In this document: positions 27,882 through 36,523 of the stretch, piece after piece | Layout of the letters: each line of letters begins with the position of its first letter | Position numbering within the stretch: position 1 is the first letter of the stretch | From: a virus | Reading direction: 5' to 3' (one strand) | Virus record (IMG/VR): IMGVR_UViG_3300033146_000244 | Location: 20,569-84,568 of that record | Length of the DNA stretch: 64,000 nt | Made by a program: the position numbers and the translations under genes | Notes under the pieces: model-generated | Told to the model about the DNA's origin: nothing | Seen by the model: only the letters and a program-made list of their open reading frames with translations | Database searches by the model: none

Positions 27882-30050
27882 TTAAAATCTAACTCTAAGT
27901 AGTCTTGTATGGCTACCTTGTACTTTTATCACTACAGAATCTTCTATCGTAGTGTTAAAGCCTATACCTGCTAATGGCTCGTTCACGTCACTTACTGGTA
28001 TTTGTACCTGTTTTGTAAGTAGTCCTAGTGGTTTTCTTATTTCCATAAGGTCACTTCTAAGATTCTCTACATGGAAGCCTTTTAATGAGTTCTCTACCTT
28101 TACATTGTCTAAAATAAATAAAGCATGTTTGTTACCTACGCTGTTATCTTCCCAATGATTAGGGGTGTACGATACACATCTAACACCATGAAATTCATTT
28201 GTATCTAAATTCCATATTGTTTGTTGCTTGCAGTCTATAGTACTTTCCAAGTGGTCAATTATTGTAAATTTGTCTCCTTCCTTTATAAATGAAACCACGT
28301 CTATTATACTGCCATCACTAACAGCTTTATCGTATTTATAGTGTCTTATTTCTCCTGATAATTCCAATTCAAATTCAAAACCATTATTGTTATCACGTGT
28401 TTTGTAATTATGTACACACATAGTGTACTTACCATCATTCATACTATCTACTGTTTTATAAGTAATATTTTCAACGGCTTTATAGTTTACAAAGCTAGGA
28501 GTTAGTACATCTACATCTAATAAGCACCCATCTGATAAAGTAGTACCCTTATGTTCATAACACACCTTCGGTAGATTAGGTCTTACTAAGTGTACATCGT
28601 AATCACAGTTGTTCCTACCCTCTCCCCAAGACAGAGAACCTCTTATAACTGCTGCAATACTACCACCCAATTCCTTTACTCTTTCCGCTATTGCAGATAT
28701 GCCAGTAAGGTTGTTTCTAAATGTCCAACTAAATTTATTGTCCCAGCTAAACATGTTCTTAGCTGTCGCAACTGTCGGAGCAGTTATTGCCATAAACTTG
28801 TTAGCGTGTCTATGTTCTAATAATACTTGCATCTGTGTTGTTGTAGGTACTATCTCAGATAGGAAGTCTTCATAACTTATCTCTATAACACCTTTTAAAT
28901 CTAAGGTCTTACTTACTGCTGTTGGTTTTACCTTATCAAACAGTGTAATTGTTTTCTTTTTGTTAGATACGTGGTTTATAGCCGATAATGGCAAATCACT
29001 CATTGTAGCAATACGTCTTTCTAAGCTATCCATTAAACCCTTTTCAGTAATAATCTTCTCAGCTAGCTGTAATTGTTTCTTAGTTACAGGAGCTACTGCA
29101 TTCATGTAGTTTACAGGGTCTGCTATTTTGTTGTATTCGCTTACTATATCAGATAACGGGTATTCACCCTCTTCTATCTTCTTTAACGGTACTCCAATAC
29201 TTTTGTTAGCTAATGTAGCTGTAATAGTATTTTCTGTAATACCGACTTTCCAACAGTACAGTGTTCTTTGTTCTTTTGTTTTTAATGTATTGTACTGTTT
29301 TTTAAGTATTATAAATCTCTCTATGTTTGCTATAAACTTATCAGAGTTAATAAGTGACTTTTGATTAATTAAGTCTAGTGCTAACTCTAATGTGTCTATA
29401 CTAAGCAGTTTAAGTCCTTTCTCAAATACTTGTACAGTTGATACCTGTACTGAGTTGTATGCAGCCATAGAACCACTTATTATATAAGCGGCGGGTATGT
29501 CTAAGTAGAAATGATTATACTCCTTTGTATCACCTATCTTAAATAACTTGCTTGTAGGATGTTTCATTATATCCTCCTTCGTATACATTACTATGTTATT
29601 TTTTTTACCTACTCTGTAAGCACCTTTAATTTTCTTATACTGTAGTTCGTTCTTACCTCCTTTCTTTGTTGATGATAGGCTTTTTAGGTAGTCTATATCT
29701 TCTACAAACACACCTGATATTGGTAACGTCTTTATGTACTTATCCATCTTACTTGCTACTTCTCCGTATGTTCCATCTACACCATCTACTTTCCAAATAG
29801 TCTCTATTTCGTTATTGCCATTTATGGCTACGATGTTACCAAATTGACGTAACGTATGCTTACAAGCCATACAATTATGTTTGGTACTCTCTGGGTCTCT
29901 CCAAATTTTATCAGTACCTGTTGGGTATGACCTTAGATATTTCTTCCATGCCTGTTTTTTATTCATGTCCACTATGTACAAGTTTCCGTACTTAGAGCAT
30001 AGCTCATTGAATCTTTTATTTACTGCGTCTGCTAATATTTTAAATTGCAT
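27882..30050 (-). CDS. Large conserved phage protein with YfaP/DUF2135-like C-terminal domain
   Basis: HNCxxC N-terminal motif; SLSW...DYDVH...LDVD...VENI...VHNY; PNHW...GNKH. Confidence 0.7.
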   Translation of the reverse strand: MQFKILADAVNKRFNELCSKYGNLYIVDMNKKQAWKKYLRSYPTGTDKIWRDPESTKHNCMACKHTLRQFGNIVAINGNNEIETIWKVDGVDGTYGEVASKMDKYIKTLPISGVFVEDIDYLKSLSSTKKGGKNELQYKKIKGAYRVGKKNNIVMYTKEDIMKHPTSKLFKIGDTKEYNHFYLDIPAAYIISGSMAAYNSVQVSTVQVFEKGLKLLSIDTLELALDLINQKSLINSDKFIANIERFIILKKQYNTLKTKEQRTLYCWKVGITENTITATLANKSIGVPLKKIEEGEYPLSDIVSEYNKIADPVNYMNAVAPVTKKQLQLAEKIITEKGLMDSLERRIATMSDLPLSAINHVSNKKKTITLFDKVKPTAVSKTLDLKGVIEISYEDFLSEIVPTTTQMQVLLEHRHANKFMAITAPTVATAKNMFSWDNKFSWTFRNNLTGISAIAERVKELGGSIAAVIRGSLSWGEGRNNCDYDVHLVRPNLPKVCYEHKGTTLSDGCLLDVDVLTPSFVNYKAVENITYKTVDSMNDGKYTMCVHNYKTRDNNNGFEFELELSGEIRHYKYDKAVSDGSIIDVVSFIKEGDKFTIIDHLESTIDCKQQTIWNLDTNEFHGVRCVSYTPNHWEDNSVGNKHALFILDNVKVENSLKGFHVENLRSDLMEIRKPLGLLTKQVQIPVSDVNEPLAGIGFNTTIEDSVVIKVQGSHTRLLRVRF

Positions 30051-30074
30051 AGTTGTATTTATTAAATTGTAATA

Positions 30075-30318
30075 CCATTATTAGTATTTAGCGCCATATC
30101 TACATGTTATTGTAGGGTTAGGTCATATCTATAAGATACGTAACATATCACTATGCTATCTGCTTGACACATGTTTAGGTTGTTGTCTTACTTACCTTGT
30201 CAATGGTAACAACCTATTTATAGTTTCCTATAAATCTTTATACTTGCCGTAAAGGATTCATCAGCCTTACTTACTATTCTTTAATATTCTATTACTACCG
30301 TTACACGGTAGCCCCTGT
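30075..30318 (-). ncRNA. Candidate large structured RNA (GNRA hairpins, tetraloop-receptor-like motif, pseudoknot)
   Basis: tttatag-GAAA-ctataaa; tagcata-GTGA-tatgtta; taggttgtt/aacaaccta stem whose loop TTGACA matches downstream TGTCAA; CCTAA...TATGG helix. Confidence 0.55.
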
Positions 30319-30323
30319 GTAAA

Positions 30324-30683
30324 TTAGATGCTGCCTAGAAACTCTTTATAATCCCTAAGTGCCGTTTTAACTGTCTTTACTGGCACTTCACAACGTCCTA
30401 AGTACCTTTTGAGGTCTTTCTTATTCTGTGCGTACATTGCACCTTTGATTACATAACTTTCTAAGAGGAGAAAGCGTGTATTAACTACTACCGAATCCTC
30501 ACTCTTTATAGATGTCATCGGCATTATTATCAGTTGGTGCTTATCAGCGGACTCCTTGATAACAAGAGCTGGTCGTTTCTTCCCATGATACTCTGCAATT
30601 ACCACATCGCCTCGTTTAAACTCTGTTATAGCAATGCTGAGGTCGCTATACTGTTTGTTTTTATTTATTAGTTTTTTAGACAT
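30324..30683 (-). CDS. Orphan PemK/MazF-fold protein
   Basis: KRGDVV...GKKRPALVI...LIIMPMTS matches the MazF/PemK signature; 119 aa; no adjacent antitoxin ORF. Confidence 0.7.
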   Translation of the reverse strand: MSKKLINKNKQYSDLSIAITEFKRGDVVIAEYHGKKRPALVIKESADKHQLIIMPMTSIKSEDSVVVNTRFLLLESYVIKGAMYAQNKKDLKRYLGRCEVPVKTVKTALRDYKEFLGSI

Positions 30684-30957
30684 GTTGTTTTTTTTTATTC
30701 GTCTGCTATTAGTATTTTATAAAGAATCGTATAGTATGTTAGTGCGATTACGTATAGTAGTATTGTATTATTATAATTGTTAGTCCTATCATAGAACTTA
30801 ATACTGTATGCACTACCTACTGGTACTATTATTAGATATTTTATGTCTGTTTGTTGCTATGTTGTTAAACTACCAGTGCAATGTAGTAGGTGCAAAACGC
30901 AGCAAATGATTTACATTTACACTGGGGGATTAGTTGAACTTAAATATGGTTAGTCAC

Positions 30958-31329
30958 TTAGGGTTTATTATAAAATATATAGAACTCTCTAACTCTATCT
31001 ATTTCAATAAAGTTTACTCCTATGTACACGTAAACTCTTTCCTTACCGTTCATTATGTATTGGTACTTGTAGGCTTTTCCTATTGGGTAGTCTGGTAAGT
31101 ATACTCCTTTAACACCCGCCAGTTTATAAGTATCTGTACCTTCATTGTATGAGATAATCATATTGTTATAGCTATCTACATCTACAACTACTGGTGTGTT
31201 TAATGTATACAAGAATGGGTACTCCTCACTCATAGAGTATACATCAATAGCATTGTATGTCTCTACTACCTGTGCTTGTAATGTTATTGTTGTTATAAGC
31301 AATCCTAAAATGATTATTAATTTTTCCAT
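30958..31329 (-). CDS. Exported protein with Sec signal peptide
   Basis: MEKLIIILGLLITTITLQA|Q, a Bacteroidota-style signal peptide. Confidence 0.65.
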   Translation of the reverse strand: MEKLIIILGLLITTITLQAQVVETYNAIDVYSMSEEYPFLYTLNTPVVVDVDSYNNMIISYNEGTDTYKLAGVKGVYLPDYPIGKAYKYQYIMNGKERVYVYIGVNFIEIDRVREFYIFYNKP

Positions 31330-31351
31330 ACTATTTGTTTATTAATTATTA

Positions 31352-31729
31352 TTATTGCATATTTATACCTACTATACGTTTGTATAGCTTGTTTCTATTA
31401 TATTCTAATTTACATCGTGCTATTGTTCTGATAGTTCTATTATATACGTCGTTATAATACAGTGTCTCATTACAAAGTTCGTTATACTGTGTTTCTTCTT
31501 CTTCTATCTCCTCTGCTTCATCTACTGCTACTAGTAGAGTCACTAACTCTGCACGCATACCACGAGTAGCGTGTAAGTAACCTTCTTCACTATGTGAGCA
31601 CTTGTAATAATTAATAGCTTCTTCTAAGCTGTTAATTCTATCTACTACATCTTGCATAGTTGTGACTGTTACGTCATTTCTATCTTGGTAGAATGACCTA
31701 CCGTCTGAATCCATTGCTGATTGTCCCAT
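31352..31729 (-). CDS. Hypothetical protein
   Basis: 125-aa ORF. Confidence 0.6.
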   Translation of the reverse strand: MGQSAMDSDGRSFYQDRNDVTVTTMQDVVDRINSLEEAINYYKCSHSEEGYLHATRGMRAELVTLLVAVDEAEEIEEEETQYNELCNETLYYNDVYNRTIRTIARCKLEYNRNKLYKRIVGINMQ

Positions 31730-31830
31730 TTGTTGTTGTTTTAATTGGTTAATATTTAGTAGCTGCTTTATAGTAGTTCCTTTTTGTGCCAGATACCTAT
31801 CTAAGAGGTATTTAACTGTGATGTCTTTAT

Positions 31831-32565
31831 TTACTTACTATTATACTTGTTAAATACTTCTGTGTCTATCTGCACCATTAATTTATTAAAATGCTTTAAG
31901 TGTTTTCCTCTTCTGCTTGTTACCGATGCCATGTTTATTACCTTGTTGAAGTATTCTATGAGCATCTCTCTTTCGTTCATTGATAATACAGTACTGTTAC
32001 CAGCAGCGCACTGTCTAGCTGTGCAGCTTGGAGGTATTGGTCTATTATACGTATTCATTATACATGTGTCGCAGTTATCACCTGCTTTGTCGCATAGTTT
32101 GCACGTACTCCATGATAATTCGTGTGTATATAGTATGTATTCTCTTCTGGTGGCTACTAAGGCTTTTATCCAACCTTTATTTTTTATAGTATCTAGTAGT
32201 TCAAATATATTATACACTTCATTATCTATTTTGTTTAATGCTATGCCCATAATAGAATTGGGTGTATAGCTTTCTTCTGATTCTATACCATGTGTGTCCA
32301 CATATTCAATAATGCGAGTGTAGTACTCTATTATCCTGTTTGTTGCTTTTGTATCCATTTCTTCGCTAGCACCTCCTACACAATGTCGTACAAGACAACC
32401 ATTATCGTAGTTGTGTACTTTAAATATACATTTATCACAAGCACCTCCAACAAGTGCGCACATTTTACAGTAGTCTTTATCAAACATATGTGTTTTCTTT
32501 TTATACTCTTTTAAAGTAGCTCTCATTGCTTTGAGGGTATCTCTGGTTATTTTATTGTGTTTCAT
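31831..32565 (-). CDS. Protein made of two tandem Cys-rich domains
   Basis: TH-x6-CxxC-x5-CxxC...CxxRxC occurs twice; likely start MKHNK at 32565. Confidence 0.65.
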   Translation of the reverse strand: MKHNKITRDTLKAMRATLKEYKKKTHMFDKDYCKMCALVGGACDKCIFKVHNYDNGCLVRHCVGGASEEMDTKATNRIIEYYTRIIEYVDTHGIESEESYTPNSIMGIALNKIDNEVYNIFELLDTIKNKGWIKALVATRREYILYTHELSWSTCKLCDKAGDNCDTCIMNTYNRPIPPSCTARQCAAGNSTVLSMNEREMLIEYFNKVINMASVTSRRGKHLKHFNKLMVQIDTEVFNKYNSK

Positions 32566-32579
32566 AGTGTTGTTTTGTT

Positions 32580-33194
32580 TTATTGTTGTTTGTATATGTG
32601 AATAAAAGTGTTGTAGTATTCTGGTGCTGTATAATAGCCACACGTCTTCATATCTTTAAAGAATTGTAGAGGTGTCTTTGATTCGTGTAAAATTTTGTAT
32701 CTATCTCTTTCAAAGAGATTATTAATTATGTAGCTTATAGCTTCGTGTTGATTATTAAAAGACATGAAGGATAGTTCCATAGGAGTTCTAACCCCATCGT
32801 AATACTCTACTGTGCTAATAGGGTCTTTACCTCCTTGTATTCCAAATGGGTTGTTTCTCTTGTTGTATAGGCTGTTGCTATAAGGGTGTCCTATGCTGTT
32901 GCTACTCTCAGAGACTGCAATTACTTGGATGCACCTTATTAGTTCTTCATTTGATAGTTTGTAACTCTTACTTGCCTTATTTATTATGTGTGAGAATAAA
33001 GGGTAAGTTATTCTCATAACCTCTCCTCTTTGTCTTCCTGTGTAAGAGTTATTCCTAAGAATAGCATCAACAGCTTTTAAATTAATGACTGTACTACTGC
33101 TTTGTATTACAGTTCGGCAAGTTACTTTAACCTCTTCTTTATTATTGCTACCACCTAACAGTAGTAGCAATGTAATTAATAGTGTGTGTTTCAT
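32580..33194 (-). CDS. Second GH73 glucosaminidase/muramidase, with signal peptide
   Basis: IAVSESS, NNPFGIQG, TVEY...F..F, GYYTAPEY; N-terminal MKHTLLITLLLLLG. Confidence 0.8.
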   Translation of the reverse strand: MKHTLLITLLLLLGGSNNKEEVKVTCRTVIQSSSTVINLKAVDAILRNNSYTGRQRGEVMRITYPLFSHIINKASKSYKLSNEELIRCIQVIAVSESSNSIGHPYSNSLYNKRNNPFGIQGGKDPISTVEYYDGVRTPMELSFMSFNNQHEAISYIINNLFERDRYKILHESKTPLQFFKDMKTCGYYTAPEYYNTFIHIYKQQ

Positions 33195-33228
33195 GTGTGT
33201 TGTCTGCTGTTATTAACTTCAAGCTGTT

Positions 33229-33612
33229 CTAGTTGAATTTCCTATTGTGTTGTGCTACTTTGTCTTTATACTGACTATAGCATGACTGTTGTCTTAGCAT
33301 CACTATATCTGCTTCGGTTGGTTCAGTATCACCTATTACTAACCATGTTTGTCTGTTACCCTCTCTGTAATATTTAGATAGGTCTTCATAGTTGTCTGCT
33401 TCATCATCTATTATAAGATGTTCTCCTCCTCCTGGTTGTAATTCTTCTACATAACCTATAATGAACTTGGTTTGTTTTTCTCCTTTGTCTTTTATCACTT
33501 CTTCTGTAAGCAGTGGTAGTCTGTATGTATCACCTGTTAGGGTAGATGCTACTACATTTCCTTCTACAAGGTAGTTATAACCACCTTTTATTTTTTGTAT
33601 TGTTCCTATCAT
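33229..33612 (-). CDS. Hypothetical protein
   Basis: 127-aa ORF. Confidence 0.6.
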   Translation of the reverse strand: MIGTIQKIKGGYNYLVEGNVVASTLTGDTYRLPLLTEEVIKDKGEKQTKFIIGYVEELQPGGGEHLIIDDEADNYEDLSKYYREGNRQTWLVIGDTEPTEADIVMLRQQSCYSQYKDKVAQHNRKFN

Positions 33613-33641
33613 GGTTGTTTAGTTTTGTTTGTTTTTGTTAG

Positions 33642-33699
33642 TATTTGCGGGCTATACTATGTTATATTAGGTAGGTAGTTATTTGCGGGCTATACTATG
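33642..33699. repeat. Perfect 20-bp direct repeat TATTTGCGGGCTATACTATG (33642-33661, 33680-33699)
   Basis: Read directly; intergenic, upstream of the 33612 start. Confidence 0.9.
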
Positions 33700-33709
33700 G
33701 GACATAATT

Positions 33710-33766
33710 AAAAGACGTTACGGAGAGTGGTCAAGGTTTTACCCCATGCCGTCCCTCCGTATCGTC
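33710..33766 (-). terminator. Long GC-rich hairpin with U tail after the 33781-34179 gene
   Basis: Minus strand gacg-a-tacggag...ctccgta-a-cgtc-TTTT. Confidence 0.6.
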
Positions 33767-33780
33767 CCTATTCATTGTCC

Positions 33781-34179
33781 CTATTCATTAGCAGGTGCTA
33801 ACAGCAAGGCGTAAGAGAACTTGCTCTTAGTATCTTTACTGTGTGCTGTTAAGTGTAACAGCATGTCCTCTGATGGTGTTATAGACATCTCTGTGAGATT
33901 TCCTTCAAGAGCTACACCATTGCATGTAAAGCGAACATTGTTTTTAGCAGAGTCACTGAATCTAACTATGTAGGTATTACCACTGGTTAGTGGTAAAGAT
34001 ATAGACCAGTTGTTTTTAATGAGGTTTTGCTTAACATCGTCCCCTGCTAGGAAAATGTTGTTAGCATCAGTTGCTAATGTAAACTGATTGGACATACCTT
34101 GTCCATACGTGTTTGAAATACTAAGTAGTCCTGCTAGAACTATTAAAGCGATTGTTAATAACTGTGTATTGTTTTTCAT
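33781..34179 (-). CDS. Exported protein with Sec signal peptide
   Basis: MKNNTQLLTIALIVLAGLLSISNTYG|Q followed by a beta-rich mature domain. Confidence 0.65.
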   Translation of the reverse strand: MKNNTQLLTIALIVLAGLLSISNTYGQGMSNQFTLATDANNIFLAGDDVKQNLIKNNWSISLPLTSGNTYIVRFSDSAKNNVRFTCNGVALEGNLTEMSITPSEDMLLHLTAHSKDTKSKFSYALLLAPANE

Positions 34180-34499
34180 CGTATTTGGAAATTAAAAGGT
34201 TACAGTATTAAGGATTAACTGTTAGCTCCTGTTTGTATTACGATAGGTTACATAGTGTAGTTTCTATCGTTCTTCTCGTCGTTCAGCGTATCTACGTCGG
34301 TGAACTGTTTTTCTTCTATCGTTAAGGAGTCGTGTTTTACGCTAGTTAATTGTGTCATAGTATTGTTTTATGAGTGGTTTGTATTAGTAGTTAATTACTA
34401 CCAGCTTAGTAGTAAGCTGAACAATGCTTAGGTATTGCTGGTAGTTGTATTGTAGTAATTACCCGATTTTTGATAGCTCGGGTAAGGCTATTGTTTGAT

Positions 34500-35351
34500 T
34501 TACATGGTAAATGCTTCGTTAGAGCTGCTTGTGAAGGATGCGAATGTTCTAACTTCACCGTGTTCTGCTCTTAACGCTTTTCTAGCATCAGTAAGCTCAT
34601 CTTGTAAGATTTCAAGCATTATGGTTTCGGTGTCTTCGTCGTAATCACCTTCTTTAAGGCTTGCAACTTCTAACGCATGCTCTCTAAGCAATTCAGCGTT
34701 AGTAGTGCTTTTAGCTCGTATCTTTGACAAGTCAAAGTTTAACACGATTTGAGAGTGTTCTCTAACATTGTCAGTTCCACTAATAGCATCTCCTTTGAGT
34801 CCTGCTTCAAACGCTAGTGTTATTACCTGTCCCTCTTTAAGGTTCATTTTACGTACAATGCTTGCAGGTAGAGTAATTTTAACTGTCCTTTTACCCGTTA
34901 CTGCATTACTGATAGCACCGTAGTTTAGTTCGGTAACACCTCTGTTGATATACGTAGCTTTCTCCATTCTTTCAAATGTTACAGCATCGTGAGGTAGAAT
35001 ACTATCGCAGAACTCTACCCAGTCAATACTTTGACCGATAAGGGTAATGTTATAAAAGGCACGATACATATCTTCCACAGCATCCTGCTTATACATCTTT
35101 GCGACTTTGACAACTACTGTCTTAGGTTTACGACTACTTTGTGGATTACTCAAACTTTCGTAATACTCCGCAATCTGCAATGTTGTATAACCAGCGTTAG
35201 TAAGTGCACTGTCAAACACAGGACGTTCTTGTGCGTTAGGCATAGCTCCGTCGGCTAAGTTGAACTCTTCACGTAATTCTTTCATATTCTTTACTGGTAC
35301 GGCTACATCAGAATATCCTTGTATTAATACTGCTCTGTTAAAATCTTGCAT
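34500..35351 (-). CDS. Hypothetical protein, first gene of the minus-strand (early) block
   Basis: 283-aa ORF next to the control region. Confidence 0.7.
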   Translation of the reverse strand: MQDFNRAVLIQGYSDVAVPVKNMKELREEFNLADGAMPNAQERPVFDSALTNAGYTTLQIAEYYESLSNPQSSRKPKTVVVKVAKMYKQDAVEDMYRAFYNITLIGQSIDWVEFCDSILPHDAVTFERMEKATYINRGVTELNYGAISNAVTGKRTVKITLPASIVRKMNLKEGQVITLAFEAGLKGDAISGTDNVREHSQIVLNFDLSKIRAKSTTNAELLREHALEVASLKEGDYDEDTETIMLEILQDELTDARKALRAEHGEVRTFASFTSSSNEAFTM

Positions 35352-36523
35352 AATATATAATTATTAAAAGTTTATACTCCGCTTAATACACATTCAGTTT
35401 TACGATGCTATGTAAATTGTATATGTATTTGCATTCCCTATCAGATTTAATAGGGGGGTAGTGTAATGCAATATTCCGAAAAGGTCGCAAGCTAAGGGTA
35501 GGTAACCCACACATCTCCTCTCAACAAACAATCCAAACCCAACTACTTAATAAAAAATTTTTTAAAAAAATTCTAAACCCCTAACACACCAACCTTAGTA
35601 ACAACCACTCCTAAACAACTATATTTCCCTAAACCTTCATAACTAATCTACCAACCACTTTATCACCAATTACCAAACAACATTACACTACCCTATAAAA
35701 ACTCTAAGCACAACTACCCTGCACTTAATAAATTCAAACAGCCTTACACTACGACACTACATTTTTACTCAATGTTATAGTGTAGTTGTTTTTAATTGCT
35801 TATTACCACCGCCTATTATAGAAAAAACACAACACCACATCTGTTACAATACTCTTGTTACCACACGCTTTAAACATGTTTATACCTTATATTTTTATAT
35901 AACGTACCTTCCTTAACGTATTTTTTATACTTACTTATTTAAGCAGACATTACCAATTATGAAGATAGCTGTACTACATCATTATTTTAATACAGTCACT
36001 ATATAACGATTGTAACTAACTACTACTTCTAATACACATACTGTATCATCAAGTTTATTCACTTTTACACTTTTAAGAGGTACACCTAATACAATTACAC
36101 AAATAATATGTTAAAAATTGTTAAAGATTGTTAAAATACTCTGATATATTTGGAAATGTTAAAAATAAACGGTAACTTTGCTAAAATAAACAACTAAAGA
36201 AAATATTAATATAAATACGGAGTAAATAACTAATACTACTACACTACGATATTAATAATTACATACTTAAATAAAACTTACTTAATATATAACACTATTA
36301 TAATAAGTAATACTTAGATAATACTTAAATAGAATACTAGTTTATATATAACAGTATTATAATAAATAGTACTTATATAAAGTATTAGTTTATATATTAA
36401 GGTAGATATTTTTAACTACCTATTATGTATCTTCGTATATAACACACGTGTTATAATTACTAGCTACTTTAACGTATATCTGTAATTAACGTGTACGTCA
36501 AGTAATAATTAATAACACATTCA
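35352..36523. other. Divergent non-coding control region (candidate genome end and/or origin)
   Basis: 1.17 kb without ORFs at the strand switch; C/A-skewed 35505-35760; very AT-rich repeats 36100-36420. Confidence 0.6.
36149..36180 (+). promoter_or_regulatory. Bacteroidota primary-sigma promoter for the late block
   Basis: TTTG (36149-52), 20-nt spacer, TAACTTTG (36173-80); overlapped and preceded by four TGTTAAA repeats. Confidence 0.8.

Noticed and set aside
30224-30265. Hammerhead ribozyme (CTGATGA...GAAA on the minus strand)
   Set aside because: The GAAA caps its own hairpin instead of following stem II, and no stem I/III with a UH cleavage site could be built.
30075-30318. Group I intron, tmRNA, RNase P RNA or c-di-GMP riboswitch
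   Set aside because: Only fragmentary similarity (AGAUAUGACC, GGGGCU, GAAA plus receptor); conserved cores could not be assembled.
33642-33699. Mini CRISPR array
   Set aside because: Only two 20-bp repeats with an 18-bp spacer, and no cas genes.
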